From NCBI GenBank assembly GCA_034420735.1, contig DAOULA010000058.1:13154-77153 (forward strand): a stretch of 64,000 bases of DNA. The letters are read 5' to 3'. A program made the translations under genes and the position numbers. The DNA is from Dehalococcoidia bacterium (GTDB taxonomy: Bacteria; Chloroflexota; Dehalococcoidia; Lucifugimonadales; CAJWER01). A model generated the notes under the pieces. That model was not told the DNA's origin. It saw only the letters and a list, made by a program, of their open reading frames with translations, and ran no database searches. Positions 40,105 to 51,258 of the stretch are shown in pieces (position 1 is the stretch's first letter; each line of letters begins with the position of its first letter).

Positions 40105-40416
40105 ATGGTGACTCAGCAGAGAATAAGGATAATCCTGAAGGCGTTCGACCACCGGATACTCGACCTCTGGGCCACCCAGATCGTCGAGGCGGCCGAGCGA
40201 ACCGGGGCCCAGGTGGCAGGCCCGGTGCCCCTCCCGACGACGATAAAGCGGTTCTGCGTGATCCGCTCGCCGCACATCTATAAGAAGTCGCGCGAGCACT
40301 TCGAGCTGAGGACCCACAACAGGCTCATTGACATCCTGGAGCCTTCGACGAAGACGATAGACTCGCTGACCAGGCTCAACGTGCCTGCCGGCGTCCATAT
40401 TTCCATGAAGATGTAG
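40105..40416 (+). CDS. rpsJ: 30S ribosomal protein S10
   Basis: [16 protein letters not shown]... in the conserved operon position. Confidence 0.98.
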   Translation: MVTQQRIRIILKAFDHRILDLWATQIVEAAERTGAQVAGPVPLPTTIKRFCVIRSPHIYKKSREHFELRTHNRLIDILEPSTKTIDSLTRLNVPAGVHISMKM

Positions 40417-40425
40417 CTGAGAACA

Positions 40426-41046
40426 ATGAGCGTCCGAGCACTTCTAGGCAAAAAGATAGGGACCACCCAACACTTCGATCAGGACGGCCGCGCCGTGTGC
40501 GTCACCGCACTGGAGGTCGGCCCCTGCACTGTGACACAGGTCAAGACCGTCGAGAACGACGGATACGCCAGCGCGCAGATAGGATTCGAAGAGGTCAGGA
40601 AACGGTCGCAGCCCCTGGACGGCCACCTGAAGCCCTCCGGAGGTCTGTTCCGCCACCTGCGAGAGGTGGAGATCGAGGACGGCGGCGAGCTCGAGGTGGG
40701 ACAGCGGCTGGACGTCGGAGTGTTCGAGGCGGGACAGAAGGTGGATGCTACCGGCACGAGCAAAGGCCGCGGGTTCGCCGGCGGCGTGAAGCGGTACAAT
40801 TTCAAGGGCGGCCCCAAGACTCACGGACAGTCCGACAGGCACCGGGCGCCAGGCTCCATAGGAGCGGGCAGCACACCGGGGCGTGTCATAAAGGGACTCA
40901 AGATGGCCGGCCACATGGGGAACGCCCGCGTCACGGTGCGGAACCTGAAGGTGGTCGATGCCGACGCTGACAGGAACCTCCTCCTGGTGGAGGGCGCGGT
41001 TCCCGGCGCACACAACTCTATTGTCATGATCACCAAGACGGGCTAG
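40426..41046 (+). CDS. rplC: 50S ribosomal protein L3
   Basis: [12 protein letters not shown]... and the [16 protein letters not shown] motif. Confidence 0.98.
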   Translation: MSVRALLGKKIGTTQHFDQDGRAVCVTALEVGPCTVTQVKTVENDGYASAQIGFEEVRKRSQPLDGHLKPSGGLFRHLREVEIEDGGELEVGQRLDVGVFEAGQKVDATGTSKGRGFAGGVKRYNFKGGPKTHGQSDRHRAPGSIGAGSTPGRVIKGLKMAGHMGNARVTVRNLKVVDADADRNLLLVEGAVPGAHNSIVMITKTG

Positions 41047-41049
41047 ACA

Positions 41050-41712
41050 ATGCGTATTTGGTTGAAGAACAGCAACGGCGACTCTATCGGGCGTGTGGAT
41101 GCGCGCGACGACGTGTTCGACGCGCCTCCCAACCCGGCCCTGGTCCACCAGGTAGTCGTCGGGCACCTGGCGAACGCCAGACAGGGCACGGCGAGCGTCA
41201 AGACCCGGTCCGAGGTCTCGGGCGGCGGGCGCAAGCCCAGGCCGCAGAAGCACTCCGGCCTCTCGCGTGCGGGGACGATCCGCTCCCCGCTCTGGGTGGG
41301 CGGCGGCGTGACCTTCGGCCCGAAGCCCCGGAGCTACAGGCAGCGTACGCCCAGGAAGATGCGCCGCCTAGCGCTCGTTACCGTGCTCTCCGAGAAGGCT
41401 CGAAGCGGCGACCTCGTCATCGTGGACTCGCTGGATATCGACGAAGGAAAGACCCGGCGGCTCAGGGAGATTCTTGCCGCGCTGGACGTGAAGGGCCCAG
41501 CCCTCCTGTCGGCCGACGGGGCCGGACCCGAGGTGCTCAGGGCCGCCAGGAACATCCCCCAGCTCCGCACGGTGCCCGCCGCGCTCATCAGCACGGTCGA
41601 TCTCGTGCGCTGCGGCAAGGTGGTGATGACGGTCGACGCCCTGAGGAAGGTCGAGGAGATTTGGGCTGGGCCGGCGAAGTCCCGGCGCGAGCACGTGACA
41701 GAGGCGGCATAA
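41050..41712 (+). CDS. rplD: 50S ribosomal protein L4
   Basis: GGGRKPRPQKHSGLSRAGTIRSPLWVGGGVTFGPKPRSY. Confidence 0.97.
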   Translation: MRIWLKNSNGDSIGRVDARDDVFDAPPNPALVHQVVVGHLANARQGTASVKTRSEVSGGGRKPRPQKHSGLSRAGTIRSPLWVGGGVTFGPKPRSYRQRTPRKMRRLALVTVLSEKARSGDLVIVDSLDIDEGKTRRLREILAALDVKGPALLSADGAGPEVLRAARNIPQLRTVPAALISTVDLVRCGKVVMTVDALRKVEEIWAGPAKSRREHVTEAA

Positions 41713-41722
41713 CGGGGCAGAT

Positions 41723-42007
41723 ATGGTAGCTCAAGACATCCTGAGAAGGCCGGTAGTAACTGAGAAAAGCACCCTGCTGCAGGAGGAGCGCACGTACGTC
41801 TTCGAGGTCGCGCCCGAGGCGAACAAGCAGGAGATACGACGTGCGGTCGAGGCTGCGTTCGACGTGAAGGTGGAGAGAGTCAACACGCTGCGGGTGCTGG
41901 GCAAGAGGAAGCGTTTCGGCGCCAGGCTGAGCCGCCAGAGGTCCTGGAAGAAGGCCATAGTAACGCTCGCCCCAGGCGAGTCAATCACGATATTCGAGGG
42001 CGTCTAA
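41723..42007 (+). CDS. rplW: 50S ribosomal protein L23
   Basis: [11 protein letters not shown]... in the conserved operon position. Confidence 0.97.
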   Translation: MVAQDILRRPVVTEKSTLLQEERTYVFEVAPEANKQEIRRAVEAAFDVKVERVNTLRVLGKRKRFGARLSRQRSWKKAIVTLAPGESITIFEGV

Positions 42008-42008
42008 G

Positions 42009-42839
42009 ATGCCATTGAAGAGCGCAAAACCCACGACCCCGGGACGCCGCGGAGCGGTATTCCAGACCACCGACGACGTTACGTCGGACAAGCCGAAGAA
42101 GTCTCTGCTCCTTCCGCACAAGAAGCGGGCCGGCAGGGACAGGAAAGGCAGGATCTCCGTCCGGCATCGTGGCGGTGGACACAAGCGCAGGCTGAGAGTC
42201 ATCGACTTCAAGAGGGACAAGGTCGACGTCCCGGGAGAGGTGGTCTCGATCGAGTATGACCCGAACCGGTCGGCCCGCATTGCCCTGATCAAGTACAGGG
42301 ACGGCGACTGGCGCTACATCCTGGCCCCAAACGGGCTGAGGGTGGGAGCCCCGGTCATGGCGGGACCGAACGCAGGGGTCGGCCTGGGCAATGCCCTTCC
42401 CCTGAGGGCGATCCCGACGGGTACGCTCGTGCACAACATAGAAATGAAGATAGGCAGGGGCGGCCAGATGGTGCGCAGCGCCGGAGGGTCCGCACAGGTG
42501 CTGGCCAAGGAAGGGCGCTACACGCTGATCAGGCTGCCGTCCGGAGAGGTACGCCAGGTCCTGAGCGAATGCATGGCGACCGTGGGGCAGCTGAGCGCCC
42601 TCGACCATAAGAACGTCAAGCTGGGCAAGGCCGGGCGCAAGCGCAACATGGGAAGGCGCCCCTCGGTGAGAGGCGTGGTGATGTCGCCCGCCGACCATCC
42701 CCACGGTGGAGGCGAGGGACGCTCGCCCATCGGGATGCCCAGCCCGAAGACCCCCTGGGGCAAGCCTGCGCTGGGCTACCGTACCCGCAGGAACAAGAAG
42801 TCCGACAAGATGATCTTCTCGCGCAAGAACAGGCGCTAG
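42009..42839 (+). CDS. rplB: 50S ribosomal protein L2
   Basis: [15 protein letters not shown]... and [14 protein letters not shown]. Confidence 0.98.
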   Translation: MPLKSAKPTTPGRRGAVFQTTDDVTSDKPKKSLLLPHKKRAGRDRKGRISVRHRGGGHKRRLRVIDFKRDKVDVPGEVVSIEYDPNRSARIALIKYRDGDWRYILAPNGLRVGAPVMAGPNAGVGLGNALPLRAIPTGTLVHNIEMKIGRGGQMVRSAGGSAQVLAKEGRYTLIRLPSGEVRQVLSECMATVGQLSALDHKNVKLGKAGRKRNMGRRPSVRGVVMSPADHPHGGGEGRSPIGMPSPKTPWGKPALGYRTRRNKKSDKMIFSRKNRR

Positions 42840-42849
42840 CGAGGGCCTT

Positions 42850-43134
42850 ATGTCCAGGTCTATCAAGAAGGGACCGTACGTAGACGCAAAGCTCGCCAAG
42901 AAGGTGGAAGCTGCGCAGCGAAGCAGGGGAAACGTGATGATACGGACGTGGTCCAGGTCGTCCATGATCATGCCCGACATGATCGGACTAACCATCGCCG
43001 TGCATGACGGCAGGAGGCACGTGCCGGTGTTCATCGCTGAGAACATGGTCGGACACAGGTTGGGTGAATTCGCGCCGACTCGGACGTTCCGGGGCCACTC
43101 CTCGAAGTCCGAGCGGATGACCACCCCGGCTTAG
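42850..43134 (+). CDS. rpsS: 30S ribosomal protein S19
   Basis: [12 protein letters not shown]... and [16 protein letters not shown]. Confidence 0.98.
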   Translation: MSRSIKKGPYVDAKLAKKVEAAQRSRGNVMIRTWSRSSMIMPDMIGLTIAVHDGRRHVPVFIAENMVGHRLGEFAPTRTFRGHSSKSERMTTPA

Positions 43135-43142
43135 GTGAACAA

Positions 43143-43490
43143 GTGCCCGCAAGAGCCAAGACAACAAACACAGGTGTGTCGGTAGGGAAGGTCAAGCCGG
43201 TGCTCGACCTGGTCCGGGGCATGTACGTGGAGGACGCCCTGGACATGCTCAGCCTCATGCCGTCCCCGGTTGCATCGCGGGTGGCCAAGGTCGTCAAGTC
43301 GGCCTCGGCAAACGCGGAGGCCGAGCTCCTCGGGTCCCCTTCCGACCTGAGGATCGTGGAGACATTCGCGAACGAGGCCACGACCCTGAAGCGGTTCAGG
43401 GCGAGGGCAAGGGGGCGCGTCGCCCGGATCAACAAGAGAAGCTGTGACATCACCGTAGTCATAGACGAGGGGAGACCGGATGGGCAATAA
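43143..43490 (+). CDS. rplV: 50S ribosomal protein L22
   Basis: GTG start. It has the [24 protein letters not shown] motif. Confidence 0.97.
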   Translation: MPARAKTTNTGVSVGKVKPVLDLVRGMYVEDALDMLSLMPSPVASRVAKVVKSASANAEAELLGSPSDLRIVETFANEATTLKRFRARARGRVARINKRSCDITVVIDEGRPDGQ

Positions 43491-44214
43491 GACACACCCG
43501 ATAGGCTTCCGTCTGGGCGTAATCAAGGACTGGCAGGCCAGGTGGTTCGCCGCGAAGCCGAGCGAGTACAGGGCCCAGGTTGCCGAGGACATGGAGATCC
43601 GGGGCACCGTATTGGGATCGTCCCCGGACGCGGGGATCTCGAAAGTCGAGATCGAGCGCTCCAACGAGGTGGTCGTCACGGTCCACACGGCCAGGCCCGG
43701 CATCGTGATCGGGCGGGGCGGCCAGAAGGTGGAGGAGCTGCGGAAGGTCATAGAGAGCAAGTCCGACAAGCGCGTGAGGCTGAACGTCCAGGAGATCCGC
43801 CAGCCGGAGCTGGACGCGTACCTAGTCGCGCGAAACGTCGCGGACCAGCTCGAGCGCAGGATCGCTTTCAGGAGAGCAGTAAGGCAGGCCATCACGCGGA
43901 CGATGCAGGCGGGCGCACAGGGCGTGAAGATAATCTGCGGAGGCCGGCTGGGCGGCGCGGAGATAGCTCGCAGGGAAAAGGCGATGGAGGGCCGCGTGCC
44001 GCTCCACACCCTCAGAGCCGACATAGACTTTGCCGTCACCGAGGCGGCGACGGACTTCGGGCGCATAGGCGTCAAGGCATGGATATACAGGGGAGACATC
44101 CTCCCGGCTCCCAAGGAGCAGGAGGACGACATGGCTCCCATCGAGGTAACGGTTACGGCCGAGCGAGAGGCGGCAGCGGATGCTACAACCCAGGAGAGTC
44201 AAGTACCGGAATAA
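43480..44214 (+). CDS. rpsC: 30S ribosomal protein S3
   Basis: [18 protein letters not shown]... and a KH domain. Confidence 0.98.
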   Translation: MGNKTHPIGFRLGVIKDWQARWFAAKPSEYRAQVAEDMEIRGTVLGSSPDAGISKVEIERSNEVVVTVHTARPGIVIGRGGQKVEELRKVIESKSDKRVRLNVQEIRQPELDAYLVARNVADQLERRIAFRRAVRQAITRTMQAGAQGVKIICGGRLGGAEIARREKAMEGRVPLHTLRADIDFAVTEAATDFGRIGVKAWIYRGDILPAPKEQEDDMAPIEVTVTAEREAAADATTQESQVPE

Positions 44215-44593
44215 GCACAGGGGCAGGCGCAAGGGCGTGGCCCTCGCGGGCAGCACTGTGAATTTCGGAGATATCGGGCTGAAGGCGACCGAGCCTGCTT
44301 GGGTGACTTCCAGGCAGATCGAAGCGGCTCGGCGCGTCATCACCCGCTACGTTCGCAGGAGCGGAAAGCTCTGGATACGCATATTCCCGGACAAGTCCGT
44401 GACCGCCAGGGCGGCCGAGACGAGGATGGGGAGCGGCAAGGGGCCGGTGGACCATTGGGTCGCCGTCGTCAGGCCGGGCAGGATTCTGTTCGAGATGGCC
44501 GGTGTGGAAGATGCGGAGGCGCGAGAGGCTCTTGCCCTGGCGTCGGCCAAGCTTCCCATGGGCACCAAGATAGTAACGCGGCACGAAGTGTAG
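44180..44593 (+). CDS. rplP: 50S ribosomal protein L16
   Basis: [19 protein letters not shown]... Confidence 0.98.
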   Translation: MLQPRRVKYRNKHRGRRKGVALAGSTVNFGDIGLKATEPAWVTSRQIEAARRVITRYVRRSGKLWIRIFPDKSVTARAAETRMGSGKGPVDHWVAVVRPGRILFEMAGVEDAEAREALALASAKLPMGTKIVTRHEV

Positions 44594-44596
44594 GAC

Positions 44597-44800
44597 ATGG
44601 AAATCGACGATCTCAGAGCACTGGTTGACGAAGACCTTACCACCGAGCTGGAAGAGGCTCACCGCGAGCTGATGAACCTCAGGTTCCGGGTGGCGACGAT
44701 GCAGCTTGCCAACGTGACCCAGGTGAAGAGGGCCCGGAAGCGCATCGCGAGAATAAACACGATCATGACGGAAAGGGAGCTGGCGAAAGCCAACACATGA
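44597..44800 (+). CDS. rpmC: 50S ribosomal protein L29
   Basis: 67 aa with the EL.NLRFR motif, in the conserved operon position. Confidence 0.95.
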   Translation: MEIDDLRALVDEDLTTELEEAHRELMNLRFRVATMQLANVTQVKRARKRIARINTIMTERELAKANT

Positions 44801-45705
44801 GTTACGAGCGCCGCAAGGTAAGGACGGGCAGGGTAGTCAGCGACAAGATGGACCGCACGATCGTGGTCCAGATCGAGTGGCGGAGCCCGCACCGTCTGTA
44901 CAAGAAGCCGATTCGACGCATGTCCAAGTTCATGGTCCACGACCCGGGGAACATCTCTATGGTCGGGGACATAGTCCAGGTCATGGAGGCCCGCCCCAGG
45001 TCCAAGACGAAGCGATGGCGGCTGTTGAAAGTGCTGCAGCGCAGCGAAACGGTGGACATCCGGCCCGAGGATATCGGGGAGGACACACAGATCGCCGCCC
45101 CAGTGCCGGAACCCGCACCCGAGCCTGTGCCCGTCCCCGAGGACGTGGTGGACGCGGCGGAGGCCCCCCAGGCCGAGGCAGAACCCGGTCCCGAAGTTAG
45201 CGAGGCCGCGGAGCCCGTCGCAGAGGCCCCGGCAGACGAGGCGGAAGAGGCCGCAGGGCCCGCCGCCGAGATGGATACGGGACCCGAAGCCGAAGAGGCC
45301 GCCGAGCCGGTGGCAGAGGCTGAGGCAGACGAGGTGGAAGGGGCCGCAGAGCCCGCCGCCGAAGTGGAGACAGCAGAACCGGCCGCCGAGTCTGAGACTG
45401 GCGATGCGGAAGAGGCCTCGGAGCCGGTCGCCGAAGCGAATACCGAAGCCGAGGCCGAAGAGGTCGCTGAGCCCGTCGCCGAGACGGTAACTGAAGAGGC
45501 CGAAGGGGCCGTCGAGCCTACCGACCAGGCCGGATCCGACACGGACGACGATGGAGCAGCCGCGGAGGCCGAGTCGTCCGAGGAGACACAGCCCGAAGCA
45601 GAGCCCACCGACGCAGCGGACTCCGAGCCGTCCTCTGAGCTAGAACAAGATGCCGGCGCCCCCTCGGAGAGCGCTGACGGGAAGACGGAGACTGAGACCC
45701 GGTGA
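44797..45705 (+). CDS. rpsQ: 30S ribosomal protein S17 with a roughly 220-aa acidic low-complexity C-terminal extension
   Basis: The first ~83 aa form a normal S17 core ([19 protein letters not shown]...KRWRLLKV). The frame then stays open to the GTGA overlap with rplN. Confidence 0.85.
   Translation: MSYERRKVRTGRVVSDKMDRTIVVQIEWRSPHRLYKKPIRRMSKFMVHDPGNISMVGDIVQVMEARPRSKTKRWRLLKVLQRSETVDIRPEDIGEDTQIAAPVPEPAPEPVPVPEDVVDAAEAPQAEAEPGPEVSEAAEPVAEAPADEAEEAAGPAAEMDTGPEAEEAAEPVAEAEADEVEGAAEPAAEVETAEPAAESETGDAEEASEPVAEANTEAEAEEVAEPVAETVTEEAEGAVEPTDQAGSDTDDDGAAAEAESSEETQPEAEPTDAADSEPSSELEQDAGAPSESADGKTETETR
45187..45372 (+). repeat. two tandem 93-nt (31-codon) repeats inside the S17 tail
   Basis: 45187-45279 encodes [31 protein letters not shown]. 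45280-45372 encodes [31 protein letters not shown]. Confidence 0.8.
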
Positions 45706-46070
45706 TACAGATATATTCTCGCCTCAAGGTTGCCGACAACTCCGGCGCCCGTACCATAAGCTGCATCGGCGTGCCGGGCGGCAGTGGACGGCAGTATGCC
45801 GGACTGGGCGACATCATAGTCGCCTCTGTGAAGGAGGCCGCGCCGGCCGCTGCCGTCAGGAAGGGCGAGGTCGTCCGCGCCGTCATCGTGCGGACCAAGA
45901 AGCCCTACAGGAGGACCGACGGATCGCACATTCGATTCGACGAGAACGCGGCAGTCATTGTGAACGAGGACCGGATGCCGCGCGGCACCCGCATCTTCGG
46001 CCCGGTCGCGCGCGAGCTCCGCGAAAAGAACTTCATGCGTATCGTATCGCTCGCTCCGGAGGTGCTGTGA
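45702..46070 (+). CDS. rplN: 50S ribosomal protein L14
   Basis: GTG start giving (M)[15 protein letters not shown]... Confidence 0.98.
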   Translation: MIQIYSRLKVADNSGARTISCIGVPGGSGRQYAGLGDIIVASVKEAAPAAAVRKGEVVRAVIVRTKKPYRRTDGSHIRFDENAAVIVNEDRMPRGTRIFGPVARELREKNFMRIVSLAPEVL

Positions 46071-46071
46071 G

Positions 46072-46389
46072 GTGAAGATACGGGCGGACGACAACGTGAT
46101 CGTCATCAAGGGGCGCGACCGCGGCAAGCAGGGCCAGGTCACCAGGACCTACCCAAAGGCTGGGAAAGTGCTGGTTGAGGGCGTTGGAGTGGTCGTAAGG
46201 CACACCAAGCCCACGGGCACGGTGCGCCAGGCTGGAATCATCCAGAAGGAGATGCCGATTCCCGCGGCGAACGTGATGCTCGTCTGCACCCACTGCACCA
46301 AGGGGACCAGGGTCCGGTACAGGGTGCTGGCAGACGGGACGAAGGCCCGGGTCTGCACCCGGGACGGTTGTGGAGAAGTAATAGAGTGA
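46072..46389 (+). CDS. rplX: 50S ribosomal protein L24
   Basis: It has a KOW motif ([15 protein letters not shown]) and a C-terminal CxxC...CxxxxC cluster. Confidence 0.95.
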   Translation: MKIRADDNVIVIKGRDRGKQGQVTRTYPKAGKVLVEGVGVVVRHTKPTGTVRQAGIIQKEMPIPAANVMLVCTHCTKGTRVRYRVLADGTKARVCTRDGCGEVIE

Positions 46390-47123
46390 CGACGGACAAG
46401 AAAGAACAGAGCTCCAGGGCCAAGGCGTCCACGAAACAGAAGGGCAAGGCGTCAGGTGGCGCGAAGGCCCAGGCTGGCAAGGGTGGGTCTGCCCGCAAGT
46501 CTTCGGGGAAGGGCGGCAAGAAGCCGGCCAAGGCGGCCGCGCCTGTGGCCCGCCCCGTGCCCAGGCTGATCGACAGGTTCCGCGGGGAGGTTACCCCGCA
46601 GCTCATGAAGGAGTTCGAGTACTCCAGCGTGATGCAGGTGCCCAGGCTGACGAAGATCATGATGAACATAGGCATCGGGCAGGAGGCCAGCGAGAACTCG
46701 CAGGCCATCGAGAACGCCACCGGGGACATAACCAAGATCTCCGGTCAGCGACCGGTTGTCACCCGCGCCAGGAAGTCCATTGCCGGCTTCAAGCTGCGGG
46801 AGGGCACCCCGGTGGGAGTGGCCGTAACGCTGAGGGACAAGAGGATGTACGAGTTCTTCGATAGGCTCGTGAGCTCGTCTCTCCCCAGGATCAGGGACTT
46901 CAGGGGCGTCTCGCCCGAGTCCTTCGACGGCAGGGGCAACTACTCGCTGGGCATACGGGAACAGATCATATTCCCCGAGATCGACTACAACGCCATCGAC
47001 AAGATTCGGGGCCTCCAGGTCGTCATCACGACGACTGCGAGGACCGACCGCGAGGGGTTCCGGCTCCTCGAATTGATGGGAATGCCGTTTGCAAGGTCGG
47101 AGTCCGAGGCCGCGCGCCTGTAG
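46386..47123 (+). CDS. rplE: 50S ribosomal protein L5 with a possible ~58-aa Lys/Ala/Gly-rich N-terminal extension
   Basis: The canonical L5 begins at [11 protein letters not shown]...[16 protein letters not shown]. The GTG at 46386 overlaps the rplX stop (GTGA). In-frame alternative GTG starts lie at 46545 and 46557, and the track ORF starts at 46368. Confidence 0.85.
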   Translation: MTTDKKEQSSRAKASTKQKGKASGGAKAQAGKGGSARKSSGKGGKKPAKAAAPVARPVPRLIDRFRGEVTPQLMKEFEYSSVMQVPRLTKIMMNIGIGQEASENSQAIENATGDITKISGQRPVVTRARKSIAGFKLREGTPVGVAVTLRDKRMYEFFDRLVSSSLPRIRDFRGVSPESFDGRGNYSLGIREQIIFPEIDYNAIDKIRGLQVVITTTARTDREGFRLLELMGMPFARSESEAARL

Positions 47124-47145
47124 TCCATACGGAGGACGGTGTACA

Positions 47146-47331
47146 TTGGCGAAGGCATCGAAGATAGCGAGCTGGAAGAGACCCAAGAAGTACAAGGTCC
47201 GCGAGTACAACCGCTGCAACCGCTGCGGCAGGCCGCGGGCGTACATCAGGTTTGCCGGCCTGTGCCGGATATGTTTCAGAGAGATGGCGCTGACCGGAAT
47301 GTTGCCCGGAATCAGGAAGGCCAGCTGGTAG
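47146..47331 (+). CDS. rpsZ: 30S ribosomal protein S14 type Z (zinc-binding form)
   Basis: The TTG at 47146 follows GGAGGA and gives (M)[45 protein letters not shown]...KASW, 61 aa with CxxC...CxxC. Confidence 0.93.
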   Translation: MAKASKIASWKRPKKYKVREYNRCNRCGRPRAYIRFAGLCRICFREMALTGMLPGIRKASW

Positions 47332-47355
47332 CCTGACTCAGTCCCAAGGAAGAGA

Positions 47356-47760
47356 GTGATGAACGTAACAGACCCGATCGCCGATATGCTCACGCGGATA
47401 AGGAATGCCATCCTTGTCGGCCACGACTCGGTCTCGATACCCGCGTCGAACATGAAAATGTCTATAGCGAAGATACTGCGGGAGGAGGGCTTCGTGGCCG
47501 ACGTGGCCGCCGTCAAGACATCCTCCCCCAGCGGGGCGATTCGCCTGTCCCTGCACTACCACGAAGACGGCGAGCCGGCCATTACCGGCCTGAAGCGCGT
47601 CAGCACGCCTGGACTGAGAGTGTATGTGCGGAAGGGCGAGATCCCCCGGTATTACGGCGGTCTTGCGGTCTCCATCCTCTCCACGTCCAGGGGCGTGATG
47701 ACCGGTAAACAGGCGTGGAGAGAGCAGGTCGGCGGCGAGCTGCTCTGCTACGTCTGGTAA
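47356..47760 (+). CDS. rpsH: 30S ribosomal protein S8
   Basis: It has TDPIADMLTRIRNA. The start is either the GTG at 47356 or the adjacent ATG at 47359. Confidence 0.97.
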   Translation: MMNVTDPIADMLTRIRNAILVGHDSVSIPASNMKMSIAKILREEGFVADVAAVKTSSPSGAIRLSLHYHEDGEPAITGLKRVSTPGLRVYVRKGEIPRYYGGLAVSILSTSRGVMTGKQAWREQVGGELLCYVW

Positions 47761-47771
47761 GAGGTGCGGAC

Positions 47772-48317
47772 ATGTCTAGAATAGGCGCTCAACCAATCGA
47801 AGTGCCCCAGGCCGTGACGGCGTCGGTCGACGGACGCACGGTGACCGTGAAAGGACCCAGGGGCGAGATGACGCAGAGCTTCCACCGGGACATGGCGATA
47901 ACTACCGAGAACGGCAGCGTCGTCGTGAACCGCCCGACGGACCAGCGGGAGCATCGCGCCCTGCACGGCCTGACGAGGAGCCTGATATCGAACATGGTCG
48001 AGGGTGTGAGCGAGGGCTTCTCCAAGACCCTGGAGTTCGTTGGAGTAGGCTACAGGGTGCAGCAGAGCGGGAAGGGCGTGACACTCAGCGTAATGCTGAG
48101 CCACACGGTGGACGTCAACCCGCCCGACGGCGTTACCCTGGAGGTAGAGGGCAACAACATCGTAAAGGTGTCCGGCATAGACAAGCAGGCAGTCGGGCAG
48201 GTCGCGGCCGAGATTCGTTCCAAGCGCCCCCCGAATGCGTACACGGGAAACGGGATTCGCTACAGGGGCGAGTTCGTCCGGATCAAGCCCGGCAAGAGCG
48301 CAAAGAAGGCTATATAG
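47772..48317 (+). CDS. rplF: 50S ribosomal protein L6
   Basis: The ATG at 47772 gives MSRIGAQPIEVPQAV... The track ORF starts upstream at 47715. Confidence 0.96.
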   Translation: MSRIGAQPIEVPQAVTASVDGRTVTVKGPRGEMTQSFHRDMAITTENGSVVVNRPTDQREHRALHGLTRSLISNMVEGVSEGFSKTLEFVGVGYRVQQSGKGVTLSVMLSHTVDVNPPDGVTLEVEGNNIVKVSGIDKQAVGQVAAEIRSKRPPNAYTGNGIRYRGEFVRIKPGKSAKKAI

Positions 48318-48320
48318 GCA

Positions 48321-48689
48321 ATGCCAAAGGAAGGGACAAGCATGGTTCGCAGGCACGCGCGGCACGCGCGCGTGCGGCGCAGGGTCAGGGGTGTGTCCGA
48401 CAGGCCGCGGCTCGTGGTATTCCGCAGCCTGCGCCACATGTATGCACAGGTAATTGACGACACGGAAGGCGTAACCCTGGCGGCCGCATCGAGCCTCGAT
48501 GCGGAGGTGAAGACGAGGAAGAACGGCGGCGCGAAGGCCGACGTAGCTGGGATTGTCGGCTCGCTCATCGCCGAGCGCGCAGTCGGCGCTGGTATCAATA
48601 CGGTCGTGTTCGACCGGGCCGGCTACAAGTACCACGGCCGCGTGAAGGCCGTGGCGGATGCAGCAAGAAAAGGAGGGCTCTCTTTCTGA
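48321..48689 (+). CDS. rplR: 50S ribosomal protein L18
   Basis: [20 protein letters not shown]... and the C-terminal GGLSF. Confidence 0.96.
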   Translation: MPKEGTSMVRRHARHARVRRRVRGVSDRPRLVVFRSLRHMYAQVIDDTEGVTLAAASSLDAEVKTRKNGGAKADVAGIVGSLIAERAVGAGINTVVFDRAGYKYHGRVKAVADAARKGGLSF

Positions 48690-49231
48690 TGGTATCCCGG
48701 TCCGATAGGAACCAGCCCGACGAACAGGGCATGCAGGAGCGCGTGGTCAAGATCTCACGCGTCGCCAAGGTCGTCCAGGGCGGCAGGCGCCTCAGCTTCA
48801 ACGCTGTGGTGGCTGTCGGCGACGGCGAGGGCAACGTGGGGATAGGAATGGGCAAGGCCAACGCGGTCCCCGACGCCGTCCGCAAGGGGGGAGTCAACGC
48901 CAGGAAGAACATGATCAAGGTGCCGCTCAAAGACAGCACCATTCCCCACGAGATAGTTTCCAGATTCGGGGCTTCCGAAGTGATGCTCAAGCCCGCTTCG
49001 CCCGGCACGGGCGTGATCGCAGGAGGCTCAATCAGGGCCGTGGTGGAGCTTGCGGGTATCAAGGACATAACTACCAAGGCGCGGTTCAGCACGAATCCCG
49101 TCAACACCGTCAAGGCCGCCTTCAAGGGCCTCCAGATGCTGAGGGACCCGGAAGCGGAGTTTGCCAAGCGCAGACTGCTTGCCGAGACCGCGCCGAAGCA
49201 CCCCAGGCGGGGCAGGCGGAGAGGCGGTTAA
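48689..49231 (+). CDS. rpsE: 30S ribosomal protein S5
   Basis: [40 protein letters not shown]. Confidence 0.97.
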   Translation: MVSRSDRNQPDEQGMQERVVKISRVAKVVQGGRRLSFNAVVAVGDGEGNVGIGMGKANAVPDAVRKGGVNARKNMIKVPLKDSTIPHEIVSRFGASEVMLKPASPGTGVIAGGSIRAVVELAGIKDITTKARFSTNPVNTVKAAFKGLQMLRDPEAEFAKRRLLAETAPKHPRRGRRRGG

Positions 49232-49232
49232 C

Positions 49233-49418
49233 GTGGCAAGGTTGTCCATCACTCTGAAGAAAAGCACCATCGGGTTCCCCCAGGACCAGAGAGGGACGGT
49301 GGCGGGGCTCGGCCTGCGGCGGCTCCACCAGACCGTGGAGCACGAGGACACCCCGTCGATCAGGGGCATGCTGCATAAGGTCAGGCACCTGGTCGAAGTC
49401 AAGCCCGCCGGCGGATAG
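49233..49418 (+). CDS. rpmD: 50S ribosomal protein L30
   Basis: The GTG at 49233 gives (M)[29 protein letters not shown]... The track ORF starts upstream at 49161. Confidence 0.93.
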   Translation: MARLSITLKKSTIGFPQDQRGTVAGLGLRRLHQTVEHEDTPSIRGMLHKVRHLVEVKPAGG

Positions 49419-49474
49419 TCCGCGGGCGGCGCGTAAGCCCACACTCACGAGCTGAAAGCAAGAGCCAACACGAC

Positions 49475-49924
49475 ATGAGACAACACGAGCTGAGACCCCC
49501 GAAGGGGTGGAAGAAGAACCGAAGGCGGAAGGGCCGTGGCGACGGCAGTGGCCGCGGCACGTATTCCGGCAGGGGCATAAAGGGACAGAACTCGCGGAGC
49601 GGGGGCGGCGTACGCCCGGGCTTCGAGGGTGGGCAGCTGCCCCTGGTCAAGGCGATGCCGGCCATGAGGGGCTTCACCAACATATTCCGAAAGGAGTACA
49701 GCGTGGTCAACCTCGATCGCCTGGCCGCACTCGGGTCCGGCGAGGAGGTGACGCCGGAGGTCATGGCTGAGAACGGGCTGATCAGGGACCTGAAGAGCCC
49801 TGTCAAGGTCCTCGGCCGTGGAGACCTGGACGGCCCACTGGCGGTGAAGGCTCACAGGTTCTCGGACTCCGCGCGCCAGAAGATAGAGGCCGCCGGCGGC
49901 AGCGTGGAGGAGATCGCTTCTTGA
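49475..49924 (+). CDS. rplO: 50S ribosomal protein L15
   Basis: [26 protein letters not shown] motif. Confidence 0.97.
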   Translation: MRQHELRPPKGWKKNRRRKGRGDGSGRGTYSGRGIKGQNSRSGGGVRPGFEGGQLPLVKAMPAMRGFTNIFRKEYSVVNLDRLAALGSGEEVTPEVMAENGLIRDLKSPVKVLGRGDLDGPLAVKAHRFSDSARQKIEAAGGSVEEIAS

Positions 49925-51258
49925 ATCAGGCGCAGGCAGCAAGGCAGCAGGAGGTCACCAGGCCGCAGCTCGTCCAGTCGATGATCGACGCGATGAGCAT
50001 ACCCGACCTGCGCGCCAAGATACTCTTCACCCTGGGCATGCTCGTGGTCTACAGGTTCGTGGCCCACGTGCCGGTGCCGGGCGTGAACGTGCAGGCCCTG
50101 TCGCAGTCATTCGAGCAGGAGGCCATACTCGGCTTTCTGAATCTCTTCAGCGGCGGCGCGCTTGCTTCCATGAGCGTCGCGGCGATGGGCGTGTATCCCT
50201 ACATCACGTCGTCCATCGTGATGCAGATACTCACCCCCGTCCTGCCACAGCTCAAGGCCCTCTCCCAGGAGGGCGAGTACGGCCGGCAGCGCATCAACCA
50301 GATCACCCACTGGCTCACCGTGCCGATTGCGTTCTTCCAGTCGTGGGGGACCCTGACCTTCCTGCGCCAGTCGCCCGTCTTCCCGGACTTCGCGTTCGGG
50401 CTCAACCTGCCCACCGCGGCTATGCTGATATCCATGGTGGCGGGCACGATGTTCTGCGTCTGGCTCGGCGAGCTGATCACCGAGAAGGGCCTGGGCAACG
50501 GGATATCGCTGATCATATTCGGCGGCATCGTGTCCGGGCTCCCAGGGGTCATAGGCCGCGGATTCCTGGAGCGCGACCAGGCCGGCGGCCTGCTGATGCT
50601 CGCGGGATTCGGCCTCGCCATCATCTACGTCATCGTCCTCTTCACCGAGGCACAGCGGCGCATACCCGTGCAGTACGGGCGGAGCGTGTTCAGGGGAGGG
50701 AGGATGCAGCGCCAGAGCGGCGCGACGTTCCTGCCTCTCAGGGTGAACTCGGCCGGCATGATCCCGCTCATATTCGCCTCGTCCATGATGATCCTGCCGA
50801 TTACCGTCGCGAGCTACTTCAGTAATCCTATGAGCGACAGCTTCATCGTGTCGTTCATGCGCTTCTTGTCGGACTCGCTGGACCCGACCAAGTTCCCGTA
50901 CTACGTAGGCCTGTTCATCCTGGTCGTGGCGTTCACGTTCTTCTACACGATGGTCGTGTTCCAGCAGCAGAACCTGGCTGAGAACCTGCAGCGCAACGGC
51001 GGGTTCATTCCGGGCATACGCCCCGGCAAGCCCACACAGGAATACCTGAACCGCGTTATCGTCAGGATAACCTGGGGAGGCGCCCTCTTTCTCGGCGGCG
51101 TGGCGATCTCCCCCTGGTTCGTGACCCAGGCGACAGACGTGAGAGCCCTCACCATCAGCAGCTTCAGCCTGTTGATCATGGTGGGCGTCGCGCTCGACAC
51201 AATGCGGCAGCTCGAAGCGCAGCTGATGATGCGCAACTATGAAGGCTTCATCCGGTAG
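49921..51258 (+). CDS. secY: preprotein translocase subunit SecY
   Basis: 445-aa polytopic membrane protein ([20 protein letters not shown]...) in the conserved operon position. Confidence 0.97.
   Translation: MNQAQAARQQEVTRPQLVQSMIDAMSIPDLRAKILFTLGMLVVYRFVAHVPVPGVNVQALSQSFEQEAILGFLNLFSGGALASMSVAAMGVYPYITSSIVMQILTPVLPQLKALSQEGEYGRQRINQITHWLTVPIAFFQSWGTLTFLRQSPVFPDFAFGLNLPTAAMLISMVAGTMFCVWLGELITEKGLGNGISLIIFGGIVSGLPGVIGRGFLERDQAGGLLMLAGFGLAIIYVIVLFTEAQRRIPVQYGRSVFRGGRMQRQSGATFLPLRVNSAGMIPLIFASSMMILPITVASYFSNPMSDSFIVSFMRFLSDSLDPTKFPYYVGLFILVVAFTFFYTMVVFQQQNLAENLQRNGGFIPGIRPGKPTQEYLNRVIVRITWGGALFLGGVAISPWFVTQATDVRALTISSFSLLIMVGVALDTMRQLEAQLMMRNYEGFIR

Noticed and set aside
44802-46142. 446-aa minus-strand ORF opposite rpsQ and rplN
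   Set aside because: It is antisense to ribosomal protein genes. It stays open because the S17 tail is a GAG/GCC repeat whose complement lacks stops. It does serve as a caution when interpreting the S17 tail.
47139-47336. 65-aa track ORF ([14 protein letters not shown]...) and the 80-aa ORF starting at 47089
   Set aside because: The first is an off-frame overlap of the S14 gene. The second is the right frame but starts inside rplE. The real S14 (type Z, 61 aa) starts at the TTG at 47146 behind GGAGGA.
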